From NCBI GenBank assembly GCA_903938575.1, contig CAJADV010000048.1:1-51874 (forward strand): DNA of 51,874 nucleotides. Direction: 5' to 3'. The translations under genes and the position numbers were made by a program. The notes beneath the pieces are model-generated. The model ran no database searches. It saw nothing but the letters and a program-made list of their open reading frames with translations, and was not told the origin of the DNA. The DNA comes from an uncultured Gammaproteobacteria bacterium (lineage in GTDB: Bacteria > Pseudomonadota > Gammaproteobacteria > Pseudomonadales > UBA5518). Positions 1-7,775 of the stretch are shown piece by piece (the stretch's first letter is position 1; each line of letters starts with the position of its first letter).

Positions 1-2
1 CC

Positions 3-1088
3 GCCTATCGCGAATCGCGTTTCGCGGCAGCGACGGCGCTCTACCGCGATGGCGAAGCGCAGCTGAAAGCGCTGCGGGACGGCATTCCGGCGCGGCTCGA
101 GGCGCGCCTCGCGGCAGCTGATGCGGCCTTCGCGGCGGGAGATCAGGCGGCAGCACTTGCCGCCTTCGCTGAGGCCGCTGCCATCGAGCCCGCCAACGAG
201 CGCGCCCGCAACGGACTGGAGCGGGCAGCCCGCCTCGATCATCTGAAATCCCTGCTGGGTACCGGAGCGGCGCAGGAATCCAGTGGGCAATTCGGGCCGG
301 CGGCTGCGAGCTATCGCGAGGCGCTGGCGCTGGACGGCGCCTGGGAGCCGGCGCGCGCGGCGCTCGCTGCGGTGGAGGCAAAAATCAACGCCGAGCGCAG
401 CGCGGCGCGCGTGTCTGCTGGCTACAGCGCACTCGCGGCAGGACGCCTTGAGGAGGCCAGAGGCGAATTCCGGTCTGCGCTCGCGCTGGGCGCCGGCACC
501 GAAGCGCGCGAGGGGCTGCAGCAGGCAGAGTTCCAGCTCGGGCAGCAAGGCATCGGCGCCCTGCTGCAGGCCGCTACCGAGGCGCAGGGTGCAGAGGATT
601 GGAAGCGGGCACTCCAGAGCTACGAGGCCGCGCTCGCCATCGACGCATCCCTTGGCCCGGCGCGCTCGGGCCGGGAACTCGCGCGCACGCGGCTCGCCCT
701 CGACGAGGCCCTCACCCGGCTGGCCGCACAGCCCGCGAAACTCGCCAGCGACAACGCACGCAGCGCCGCCGACAGGCTGATCGCCGCGGCGGCATCCATT
801 CCCGATCCCGGTCCACGCCTGTCGGCCCAGATAGCAAAGGCCCGCAGCGCGCTTGTCTCGATGCGCACCGAAATCCCGGTGCAGATCCGCTCCGATGGCA
901 AGACCGACGTCATCGTGTTCCGCGTCGGCAGTCTGGGGAGCTTCGCTGAAAAGCAACTCTCGCTGCTGCCCGGCGACTATGTGGCGGTGGGACGGCGCGA
1001 TGGCTACCGCGACGTGCGGGTGGAGTTCGCGCTGCGACCCGGCGCGCCGCCGCCCCCGGTGATCGTGCAATGCGGGCAGCAAATCTGA
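3..1088 (+). CDS. TPR-like repeat protein with C-terminal PEGA-like domain (5' end outside window)
   Basis: Frame 3 is open from the window edge (AYRESRFAAATALYRDGEAQLKAL...) to TGA 1086-1088. It has repeated Ala-rich helical-hairpin motifs of TPR type (e.g. AAFAEAAAIEPANERARNGLERAA, ASYREALALDGAWEPARAAL, QSYEAALAIDASLGPA). The C-terminal LPGDYVAVGRRDGYRDVRVEF resembles the PEGA repeats of the next gene. The stop overlaps the next start. Confidence 0.6.
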   Translation, partial: AYRESRFAAATALYRDGEAQLKALRDGIPARLEARLAAADAAFAAGDQAAALAAFAEAAAIEPANERARNGLERAARLDHLKSLLGTGAAQESSGQFGPAAASYREALALDGAWEPARAALAAVEAKINAERSAARVSAGYSALAAGRLEEARGEFRSALALGAGTEAREGLQQAEFQLGQQGIGALLQAATEAQGAEDWKRALQSYEAALAIDASLGPARSGRELARTRLALDEALTRLAAQPAKLASDNARSAADRLIAAAASIPDPGPRLSAQIAKARSALVSMRTEIPVQIRSDGKTDVIVFRVGSLGSFAEKQLSLLPGDYVAVGRRDGYRDVRVEFALRPGAPPPPVIVQCGQQI

Positions 1089-3160
1089 TGCGGCAAAGCA
1101 GCCCCCCTGACGATGCCGGCGATCACGAGACCCCGATCGCGCCGTTCAGCTATTCGCCCCCCGAGCCCGGTCTGCGCCCCCCCACGCGCCGCCGTTTCGG
1201 CCGCCGTGAACTCAGGATCGCCCTGCCCTTGCTGGGCGCCGCACTGTTCGCCGCTTTCCTGCTGAGCGCGCAGGCCCTGCGCCTGCAGCCCACACCGGAC
1301 AATGCCCGGGTCGATATCGACGGCGGGTTGCAGCTGGTGCTCGGCGATACCGTCCTGTTGCGTCCGGGACCCTACGTGGCAAGGGCCACGGCCGAGGGTT
1401 ACTACCCGCTGGAACAGGCCTTCACGGTAAAAGACACGGGCAACGACCCCCTCTCGCTCGAGCTGCGCAAACTGCCCGGCAAGCTGCTGCTCGAAACCCG
1501 GCCCGTGGCCGCCACCGCCATGCTTGATGGCGCACCGCTCGGCACGAGCAACGGTCAGCCTCTCGAAATCCCTGCCGGCGCCCACCGGCTGCGCGTCACG
1601 GCCGAGCGCTATCTCCCCGTCGAACAGGACATCCGCATCGAGGGTCTCGGCAAAGAACAGTCACTGGCACTCACTCTGGCGCCGGGCTGGGGTTCTTACC
1701 GCCTCGAAACCCAACCCCCCGGCGCCAGCGTCGAACTCGATGGCGCCAGCATCGGGACCACACCCACGACCCTCGAACTCATGCAGGGCCCCCGACAGTT
1801 GCAGCTGCGGCTCGCGAACCACCGGGACGAGAGCCTCTTCGTCGAGGCCAAGGCCGGCGAATCACGCAGCCTCGAGCCGCTTGTGCTGGTCCGTGCCGAT
1901 GCGCGGCTGCGCCTCAGCAGCACGCCCACGGGCGCCAGCATCACGCTAGATGGGCAGTTCCGCGGGACCGCGCCGCTCGAGATCGCGCTGGAGTCGGGCC
2001 AAGCCCACGAACTGATTGCCTTCAAGGCGGGGCATGAAAGAGCTACACGCCGCTTCACCGCCGTGGCGGGAGAGCAGCAGATGAACCTCGCACTGCGCGC
2101 GCTGACGGGTGATATACGGATCGCTGTTACGCCCGCCGATGCCGGCATCTACGCCGGAGAACGACTGCTCGCCCGCGGCAGCGCGATGCTCACACTGGCC
2201 GCCGGCCCGCAGACGCTCACGCTGCGCCGCGCGGGCCACGCCGACGAAACGCTGCGCGTCACGCCGCGCCCGGGTTATCCGCAGGAGTTCTCCGTCAGGC
2301 TGAAAACGCTGGCAGAAAAGCAGCAAGCCGCCGTGCGCAAGAGCGTGCGCAGCGCCGCCGGGCAGGAGCTCGCACTGATCCAGCCGGGCAGCTTCCGCAT
2401 GGGATCATCGCGACGCGAATCCGGGCGGCGCGCCAACGAGGCCATGCGTGACATCCGCCTGACGCGGGCCTTCTACATCAGCCTCACCGAGGTGAGCAAC
2501 GCAGAGTTCAGGCAGTTCCGCTCCGGGCATTCCTCCGGCAACTTCAAGGGCAAAAGCCTGAACGGCGATACGCAGCCGGCCACCAACCTCTCGTGGACGG
2601 AGGCCGCGCTGTACTGCAACTGGCTGAGCGAACGCGAGGGCCTGAAACCCTTCTATCGCATCGCAGGTAAGGCCGTGGCGGGTTTCGAGCCGGGCTCGAC
2701 GGGCTATCGCTTGCCCACCGAGGCCGAGTGGGGCTGGGCAGCCACCGTGAAACCTGATGGCTCGCTACTCCGCTTCGCCTGGGGTGATGCCATGCCACCG
2801 CCACCCAAGGCGGGCAATTACGCAGACAAGAGCGGCGAGACCATCCTCGGCGAGATCATCACCGGATACGACGACGGCTTCCCCGTCTCGGCGCCCGTGC
2901 GCAGCTTTGCATCCGATCGGCGTGGCCTGTTCGACCTCGGCGGCAATGCGGCAGAATGGGTCCACGACCTCTACGAGGCCGCACCCGGTGACGCCGGCAC
3001 GGCGACCGATCCACTGGGTGCGGACATCGGTGAGTATCACGTCATTCGCGGCGCGAGCTGGCGCAACGGCGGGCTGACGGAGCTGCGGCTGGCATTCCGC
3101 GATTACGGCCTCGATGCGCGCGCCGATGTCGGATTCCGCATAGCGAGGTATCTCAAGTGA
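1070..3160 (+). CDS. membrane-anchored PEGA-repeat protein with C-terminal FGE-sulfatase (SUMF1-like) domain, probably non-catalytic
   Basis: 696-aa ORF. An alternative in-frame ATG at 1088 shares one base with the upstream TGA. One TM segment (ALPLLGAALFAAFLLSAQAL) is followed by about five PEGA-like repeats (e.g. LETQPPGASVELDGASIGTTP, LSSTPTGASITLDGQFRGTAP). The FGE-sulfatase motifs are FRMGS, LTEVSNAEF, GYRLPTEAEWGWAA, GNAAEWV and IRGASWRNG. The Cys pair of true FGE after RG(G/A)S is absent. Confidence 0.85.
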   Translation: MRAANLMRQSSPPDDAGDHETPIAPFSYSPPEPGLRPPTRRRFGRRELRIALPLLGAALFAAFLLSAQALRLQPTPDNARVDIDGGLQLVLGDTVLLRPGPYVARATAEGYYPLEQAFTVKDTGNDPLSLELRKLPGKLLLETRPVAATAMLDGAPLGTSNGQPLEIPAGAHRLRVTAERYLPVEQDIRIEGLGKEQSLALTLAPGWGSYRLETQPPGASVELDGASIGTTPTTLELMQGPRQLQLRLANHRDESLFVEAKAGESRSLEPLVLVRADARLRLSSTPTGASITLDGQFRGTAPLEIALESGQAHELIAFKAGHERATRRFTAVAGEQQMNLALRALTGDIRIAVTPADAGIYAGERLLARGSAMLTLAAGPQTLTLRRAGHADETLRVTPRPGYPQEFSVRLKTLAEKQQAAVRKSVRSAAGQELALIQPGSFRMGSSRRESGRRANEAMRDIRLTRAFYISLTEVSNAEFRQFRSGHSSGNFKGKSLNGDTQPATNLSWTEAALYCNWLSEREGLKPFYRIAGKAVAGFEPGSTGYRLPTEAEWGWAATVKPDGSLLRFAWGDAMPPPPKAGNYADKSGETILGEIITGYDDGFPVSAPVRSFASDRRGLFDLGGNAAEWVHDLYEAAPGDAGTATDPLGADIGEYHVIRGASWRNGGLTELRLAFRDYGLDARADVGFRIARYLK

Positions 3161-3426
3161 ACAGATCTGCGCTGACTGCGATGCTGCTGATGCTCGTTGC
3201 CGCTGCGGGCGCCGTGGAGCCGGCTGCCAACCCCGCAGGCGCCACGCCAACCACGCCGCCCAGCGCCCAGCGCGCGGCACCGGTCGTACCGCAGCAGCCC
3301 GTAGAGACAGCACCCCCGATAAGCGCGGCCGACGAGGCCGCGGCCACGCGCCGGGCCGGCGAGCGCTTCAAACCCTCGGAGAAAATCTCCGAGGATCTCT
3401 CCGTGTCGTTCCCCTCTGACATCTGA
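3157..3426 (+). CDS. small secreted Pro/Ala-rich protein with acidic C-terminus (hypothetical)
   Basis: The GTG start forms a GTGA overlap with the upstream stop, and GAGG lies 8 nt upstream. Signal-peptide-like N-terminus MNRSALTAMLLMLVAAAGA|VEP. Pro/Ala-rich middle region. Acidic tail SEKISEDLSVSFPSDI. No family recognised. Confidence 0.55.
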   Translation: MNRSALTAMLLMLVAAAGAVEPAANPAGATPTTPPSAQRAAPVVPQQPVETAPPISAADEAAATRRAGERFKPSEKISEDLSVSFPSDI

Positions 3427-3477
3427 ACCGGCGGCGGCCACCGTCGCAACTACACCACAAGGTCACGAGCACCGCCG

Positions 3478-4290
3478 ATGAAACGACTTCTGGCCTCCGA
3501 GTTCCTCTTCCAGATATTTGCCCTGCTGTTGTCGTTGATCGTGGTGCACACGGTCTATGTGGCGGTGGTGTGGCCGCGCGCCGAGGCATACCTGAAGGCG
3601 CAGGCCGAGCGCATCGCCTCCGGCGACACCACGGCACAGCCGCAATCGATGTTCGTGATCCTGAAAGACTACGAGCAGGAGTCCGAGGTGATTCTGTTTC
3701 TCTGGTGCATGGCCATCATGGGATTCAAGGGCGTGCAGCTGCGCCACGAGCGCGCGCTGTTCCGCGAACCACTGGTGCAGGTGCCCGCCGGCACCAGCAT
3801 TCTTCCCGAGGATGCGCGCGACTTCCTGCGTCCGATCGAGGCGCTGCCGCCGGAATCCCGCGAATGCCTCCTGCCACGCGCGCTGGTCGCCGGCCTGCAA
3901 CGCTTCGCCATCACGCACGGGATCCAGGACGCCTACGGCGCGATCCGCGAGGCCTGCGTCACCGAGGGCGAGCGCCTTGACTCCGAGCTTTCGATGATCC
4001 GCTACATCGCCTGGGCCATACCGGCAATCGGCTTCATCGGCACCGTGCGCGGCATCGGGATGGCGCTTAGCGAGGCCTACCGTGCGGTGGAGGGCGATAT
4101 TGCGGGCGTGACCGACGCACTGGGCGTGGCCTTCAACTCCACGCTCGTGGCGCTGCTGCTCAGCATCATCCTGATGTTCCTGATCCACCAGCTGCAACTG
4201 CAGCAGGAGCGCCTCACGCTGAGCGCGCAGTCTTTCTGCGAAGGACGCCTGCTGCCGCACCTGAAGGTGGCGCGGGAGCTGCGTTCATGA
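3478..4290 (+). CDS. MotA/TolQ/ExbB-family proton-channel protein
   Basis: 270 aa with N-terminal TM helices. The C-terminal signature IAWAIPAIGFIGTVRGIGMAL...ALGVAFNSTLVALLLSIILMFLI matches the conserved ExbB/TolQ/MotA channel region (PxxGLxGTVxG ... TxxGL). Confidence 0.85.
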   Translation: MKRLLASEFLFQIFALLLSLIVVHTVYVAVVWPRAEAYLKAQAERIASGDTTAQPQSMFVILKDYEQESEVILFLWCMAIMGFKGVQLRHERALFREPLVQVPAGTSILPEDARDFLRPIEALPPESRECLLPRALVAGLQRFAITHGIQDAYGAIREACVTEGERLDSELSMIRYIAWAIPAIGFIGTVRGIGMALSEAYRAVEGDIAGVTDALGVAFNSTLVALLLSIILMFLIHQLQLQQERLTLSAQSFCEGRLLPHLKVARELRS

Positions 4291-5633
4291 GCCTTGCGGT
4301 ACTCGACCTGAACGATGCCTCGCTCACGCTGGGCGACGTCGACGGCATCCGCGCCCGCAGCCCGGGATTCGCGCTGCTCGCAGCCGAAGCGCCGCTGCTG
4401 GGCGAGGCAGCGCGAAGCAAGGCACGCATCGACCCGCGCAGCACCAACAGCCAGTTCTGGCTGCGCCTGGGTACCGAGCCGCTGCATCACGCGCCGGCCC
4501 ATACGCGCCACAACGCGGATCTCGGCTATCGCCACCTGCTGCACGTGCATGAACTGGCAGGACAGCCCGCCGAACTGTTGCTGGCGGTGCCGGGAAGTTT
4601 CTCGCGCGAGCAACTGGCCATGCTGCTCGGGATCGCCGAACGCTGCCCCTTCCGCGCCTGCGGGTTGGTCGACAGCGCCATCGCCGCCGCCAGCACCGAG
4701 TCTCTGTCCGGCGCTGCATTGCACCTCGAGTTGCAACTGCACCAGGCCGTGCTGACACAGATCGACCACGCCGACGGCATGCTCACGCGCGGAGCCGTGC
4801 GCGCGCTGCCGGGCGCCGGACTGGCGGCGCTGCAGGATCGCTGGGCGAGGCGCGCGGCCGAGTCCTTCATCCGGCAGTCGCGCTTCGACCCGCTCCACGC
4901 GGCGGCCACCGAGCAGCAACTCCATGACCGCCTGCCGGGCTGGCTCGAGGCGCTCGCCTCACAGGACAGCGTAGAGGCCGAACTCCAGCAGCAGAGCAAT
5001 CGCTACCGGGCAACGCTGCGCGCGGGCGAGATGCTGGACGCGGTGCAGTCGATCTACGCCGATCTGCTCGAAGCCCTCGCCCGCGAGGGCACGGACGCCA
5101 CGCTGCTGCTCGGTGCCCGCGCCGCGGGGCTGCCGCGTTTTGCCGAGCGTGTGCCCGAGGCAAGAACACTGGCAGACAATGCCGCCATCCGCGGCGCCCT
5201 GCGCCACGCCTCACTGGTTCGCAGCGAGGAGCGCGCGCTGCGCTTCGTCACGCGCTTGCCTGCCGAGCTAGCAGCGGCAAGCCTCCGCGTGCCCACACCT
5301 GTCAAGCCGGCGGCGACGCGCACACGCGCAAGCGCGCCCACGCACCTGGTCTCAGGCAGCAGCGCACTGCGTCTGGACAGCGGCACGCTGTATCTGCTCG
5401 GCAACGACGAGGAGGGCTGGGCGCTTTCGCGAAGTACCTCCGCCGCCAGCCGCTGCCGCCTGGAGCAGGACGGCACCGACTGGTACGCCTGCGCAGCGCC
5501 GGGGGTGTTGCTGCGAATCGACGGACTGCCAGCACCGGGACGCGTGCGGGTGGGCGCGGGTACGCACCTCGGCATCGAGAGCGAGGCACTGGTGTTCGTG
5601 ACCGAGGTCGTGGCCGGCGGCAATGGCGCGTAG
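4287..5633 (+). CDS. Hsp70/actin-fold-like protein with degenerate nucleotide-binding motifs and FHA-like C-terminal region
   Basis: ATGA overlap with the upstream stop. The N-terminus aligns by eye to DnaK. [13 protein letters not shown] aligns with [36 protein letters not shown] aligns with [65 protein letters not shown] aligns with [35 protein letters not shown]. The phosphate-2 motif DLGGGTFD is replaced by ELQLHQAV. The C-terminal ~90 aa (LYLLGNDE...SRCRLEQDG...LRIDGLP...[11 protein letters not shown]) is FHA-like but lacks canonical GR/SxxH. No TM segment. Confidence 0.55.
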   Translation: [448 protein letters not shown]

Positions 5634-6711
5634 ACGCGATTTCACGATCTTCAGCCTGTCCTTCCTGGACGTGATGTCCTGTGGCTTCGGCGCGACCATC
5701 CTGCTCTACCTGATCCTCGATCACCGGCAGGAAATGGACACCCGCCAAAAGAGCAGCGCACTGCGCGGCGAGGTCGCGTTCCTCGAGCGCGAGGTGAAAG
5801 AAGGCACCGTGGACCTGGCGGAACTGCGGAACACGCTGTCGATGGTCGATGACTCCCTCGCCGAGGCGAACGGGCGCTCCCGCCAGATTCTCGCGCAGAT
5901 CGCCGAGCGCCGCGACGAGACCGCCGAGGGAAAGGACGACACCCTCGCCCAGCGCGAGCATGTGAACCGCCTGAAGACCGATCTCAAGCAACTCGAGGAA
6001 AACAACGAACGCCTGCGCGCCGAGGGCGAGAAACAGCGCGGGCAGGATGTACGGCAGTTCCAGGGCGACGGCGACCGCCAGTACCTTACCGGGCTGAAGC
6101 TCGGCGGACGGCGCATCCTGGTGCTGCTAGACCGCTCGGCAAGCATGCTCGACTACAGCCTGGTGAACGTGATCCGCCTGCGCAACATGCCCGCACCGGT
6201 GCAGCTGCGCTCGGCCAAGTGGCAACGCGCGGTCGCCACGGTCGACTGGCTGAGCACCCAGTTGCCCGAGGGCAGCCAATACCAGATCTACAGCTTCAAC
6301 ACGCGCGCCGAACCGGTGGTGGAAGGCAGCGCAGGCAAATGGCTGCAAGTCGCCGACCGCGAGCAGCTGAACGGAGCTATCGCGAGGCTGCAGCAACTGG
6401 TGCCGGCCGAGGGCACGAGTCTCGCGAACGCCTTCGAGGTGGCATCAAAGCTCTCACCTGCACCGGACAACATCTACCTGATCACCGACGGCCTGCCCAC
6501 ACAAGGCGCCACGGGACCCAGCGGCCCCAAGGTGAGCGGACGTGACCGCCAACGCCTGTTCAATCAGGCCCTGGAGAAGCTGCCCAAAGGCATACCCGTG
6601 AACGTCATCCTGGCGCCCATGGAGGGCGATCCGATGGCCGCCTCGGCGCTCTGGCAGCTGGCGATATCGACGCGGGGTGCATTCCTCGCGCCGGCACGGG
6701 ACTGGCCATGA
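5623..6711 (+). CDS. ExbD/TolR-like TM anchor - coiled coil - vWA domain protein (paralog 1)
   Basis: The N-terminus MARRRDFTIFSLSFLDVMSCGFGATILL resembles the ExbD/TolR TM helix (E. coli ExbD INVTPFIDVMLVLLIIF) and keeps the Asp (codon 5668-5670). Residues ~45-140 are heptad-like and charged. The vWA domain has a MIDAS DxSxS motif, LLDRSASM (6130-6144), followed by EGTSL and LITDG. Confidence 0.8.
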   Translation: MARRRDFTIFSLSFLDVMSCGFGATILLYLILDHRQEMDTRQKSSALRGEVAFLEREVKEGTVDLAELRNTLSMVDDSLAEANGRSRQILAQIAERRDETAEGKDDTLAQREHVNRLKTDLKQLEENNERLRAEGEKQRGQDVRQFQGDGDRQYLTGLKLGGRRILVLLDRSASMLDYSLVNVIRLRNMPAPVQLRSAKWQRAVATVDWLSTQLPEGSQYQIYSFNTRAEPVVEGSAGKWLQVADREQLNGAIARLQQLVPAEGTSLANAFEVASKLSPAPDNIYLITDGLPTQGATGPSGPKVSGRDRQRLFNQALEKLPKGIPVNVILAPMEGDPMAASALWQLAISTRGAFLAPARDWP

Positions 6712-7706
6712 GCCGCCGTCGTCGTGCACCGGAGGAGTTCAGCCTCTCCTTCCTGGACGTGATCTGCTGCGGCTTCGGGGCAATCATCCTGCTGCTGATC
6801 ATCACGCGGGTCTCCGCCCCGGTCGTACTCGAGGAGAGCACGCGCGATCTGGAGTCGCGGATCGCGGCTCTGCAGGAGCAGCTGTTCCGGCTCCGCGGCG
6901 AGTCGACGGTACTGAACCGCGACCTGACGGCACGACAAGAGCAGCTCTCCGAGGTGATCGACAAGGTCGCCCGCCTGGAGCGCGAACTCTCGTCGATCAA
7001 AGGCGAGTTCGCCGCCAGCGATGCCGACTCCGAGCTGAACTCACGGCTGGTGGGGCAACTCGAGAAAGCCAGGCAGCGCCTCAGCGACGAGATGAAACGT
7101 CTGCTCGGCGCCCAGGGCGGACGTCGCAACGACGCCATCGGTGGCATACCAGTGGACAGCGAATACGTGATTTTCATCATCGACACCTCGGGGAGCATGT
7201 TCAATTACGCATGGCCGCGCGCGCAGCAGGAGATGATCAACATTCTCGACCTTTACCCGAAGGTGAAAGGGATACAGGTGCTCGATGACGAGGGCGGTTA
7301 TATGTTCTCGAGCTATCGCGGGCAGTGGATTCCCGACACGCCCGCGCGGCGCAAGGCGATCATCCAGCGTTTTGCCAGCTGGAACCCCTACTCCAACAGC
7401 AGCCCGGTCGAAGGCATCGTGTTCGCGATCCGGAGCTTCTACGAGCCCGGACGCAAGATCAGCCTCTACGTGCTGGGCGACGAGTTCACCGGCAACTCGA
7501 TAGCGCAGGTGATCGACGTGGTGGACAAGATCAACCGCGAGGGCCCACAGGGCGAGCGGCTGGTGCGGATCCACGCCGTGGGCTTCCCGACCCAGTTTGG
7601 CAATCCGGCCCAGTACCAGATAACCGGCATCCGCTTTGCCACCCTGATGCGCGATCTGTCGTGGAAAAACAACGGCACCTTCGTGGGCCTGAACGACTAC
7701 CGCTGA
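6708..7706 (+). CDS. ExbD/TolR-like TM anchor - coiled coil - vWA domain protein (paralog 2)
   Basis: ATGA overlap with the upstream stop. The N-terminus EEFSLSFLDVICCGFGAIILLLII is nearly identical in pattern to paralog 1, with the Asp codon at 6756-6758. A coiled-coil-like segment follows. The vWA MIDAS motif is IIDTSGSM (7182-7196). Confidence 0.8.
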   Translation: MSRRRRAPEEFSLSFLDVICCGFGAIILLLIITRVSAPVVLEESTRDLESRIAALQEQLFRLRGESTVLNRDLTARQEQLSEVIDKVARLERELSSIKGEFAASDADSELNSRLVGQLEKARQRLSDEMKRLLGAQGGRRNDAIGGIPVDSEYVIFIIDTSGSMFNYAWPRAQQEMINILDLYPKVKGIQVLDDEGGYMFSSYRGQWIPDTPARRKAIIQRFASWNPYSNSSPVEGIVFAIRSFYEPGRKISLYVLGDEFTGNSIAQVIDVVDKINREGPQGERLVRIHAVGFPTQFGNPAQYQITGIRFATLMRDLSWKNNGTFVGLNDYR

Positions 7707-7775
7707 GCACGGGCTTGGATACCCGGTGGCATTGACCCTATGATCCGCCTGCCCCTTGTCCCCGAGCGCGAACGC

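Noticed and set aside
3463-4260. 265-aa - strand ORF opposite the MotA/ExbB-like gene
   Set aside because: It is an antisense shadow. The + strand product carries the conserved channel signature, while the antisense product has no motif.
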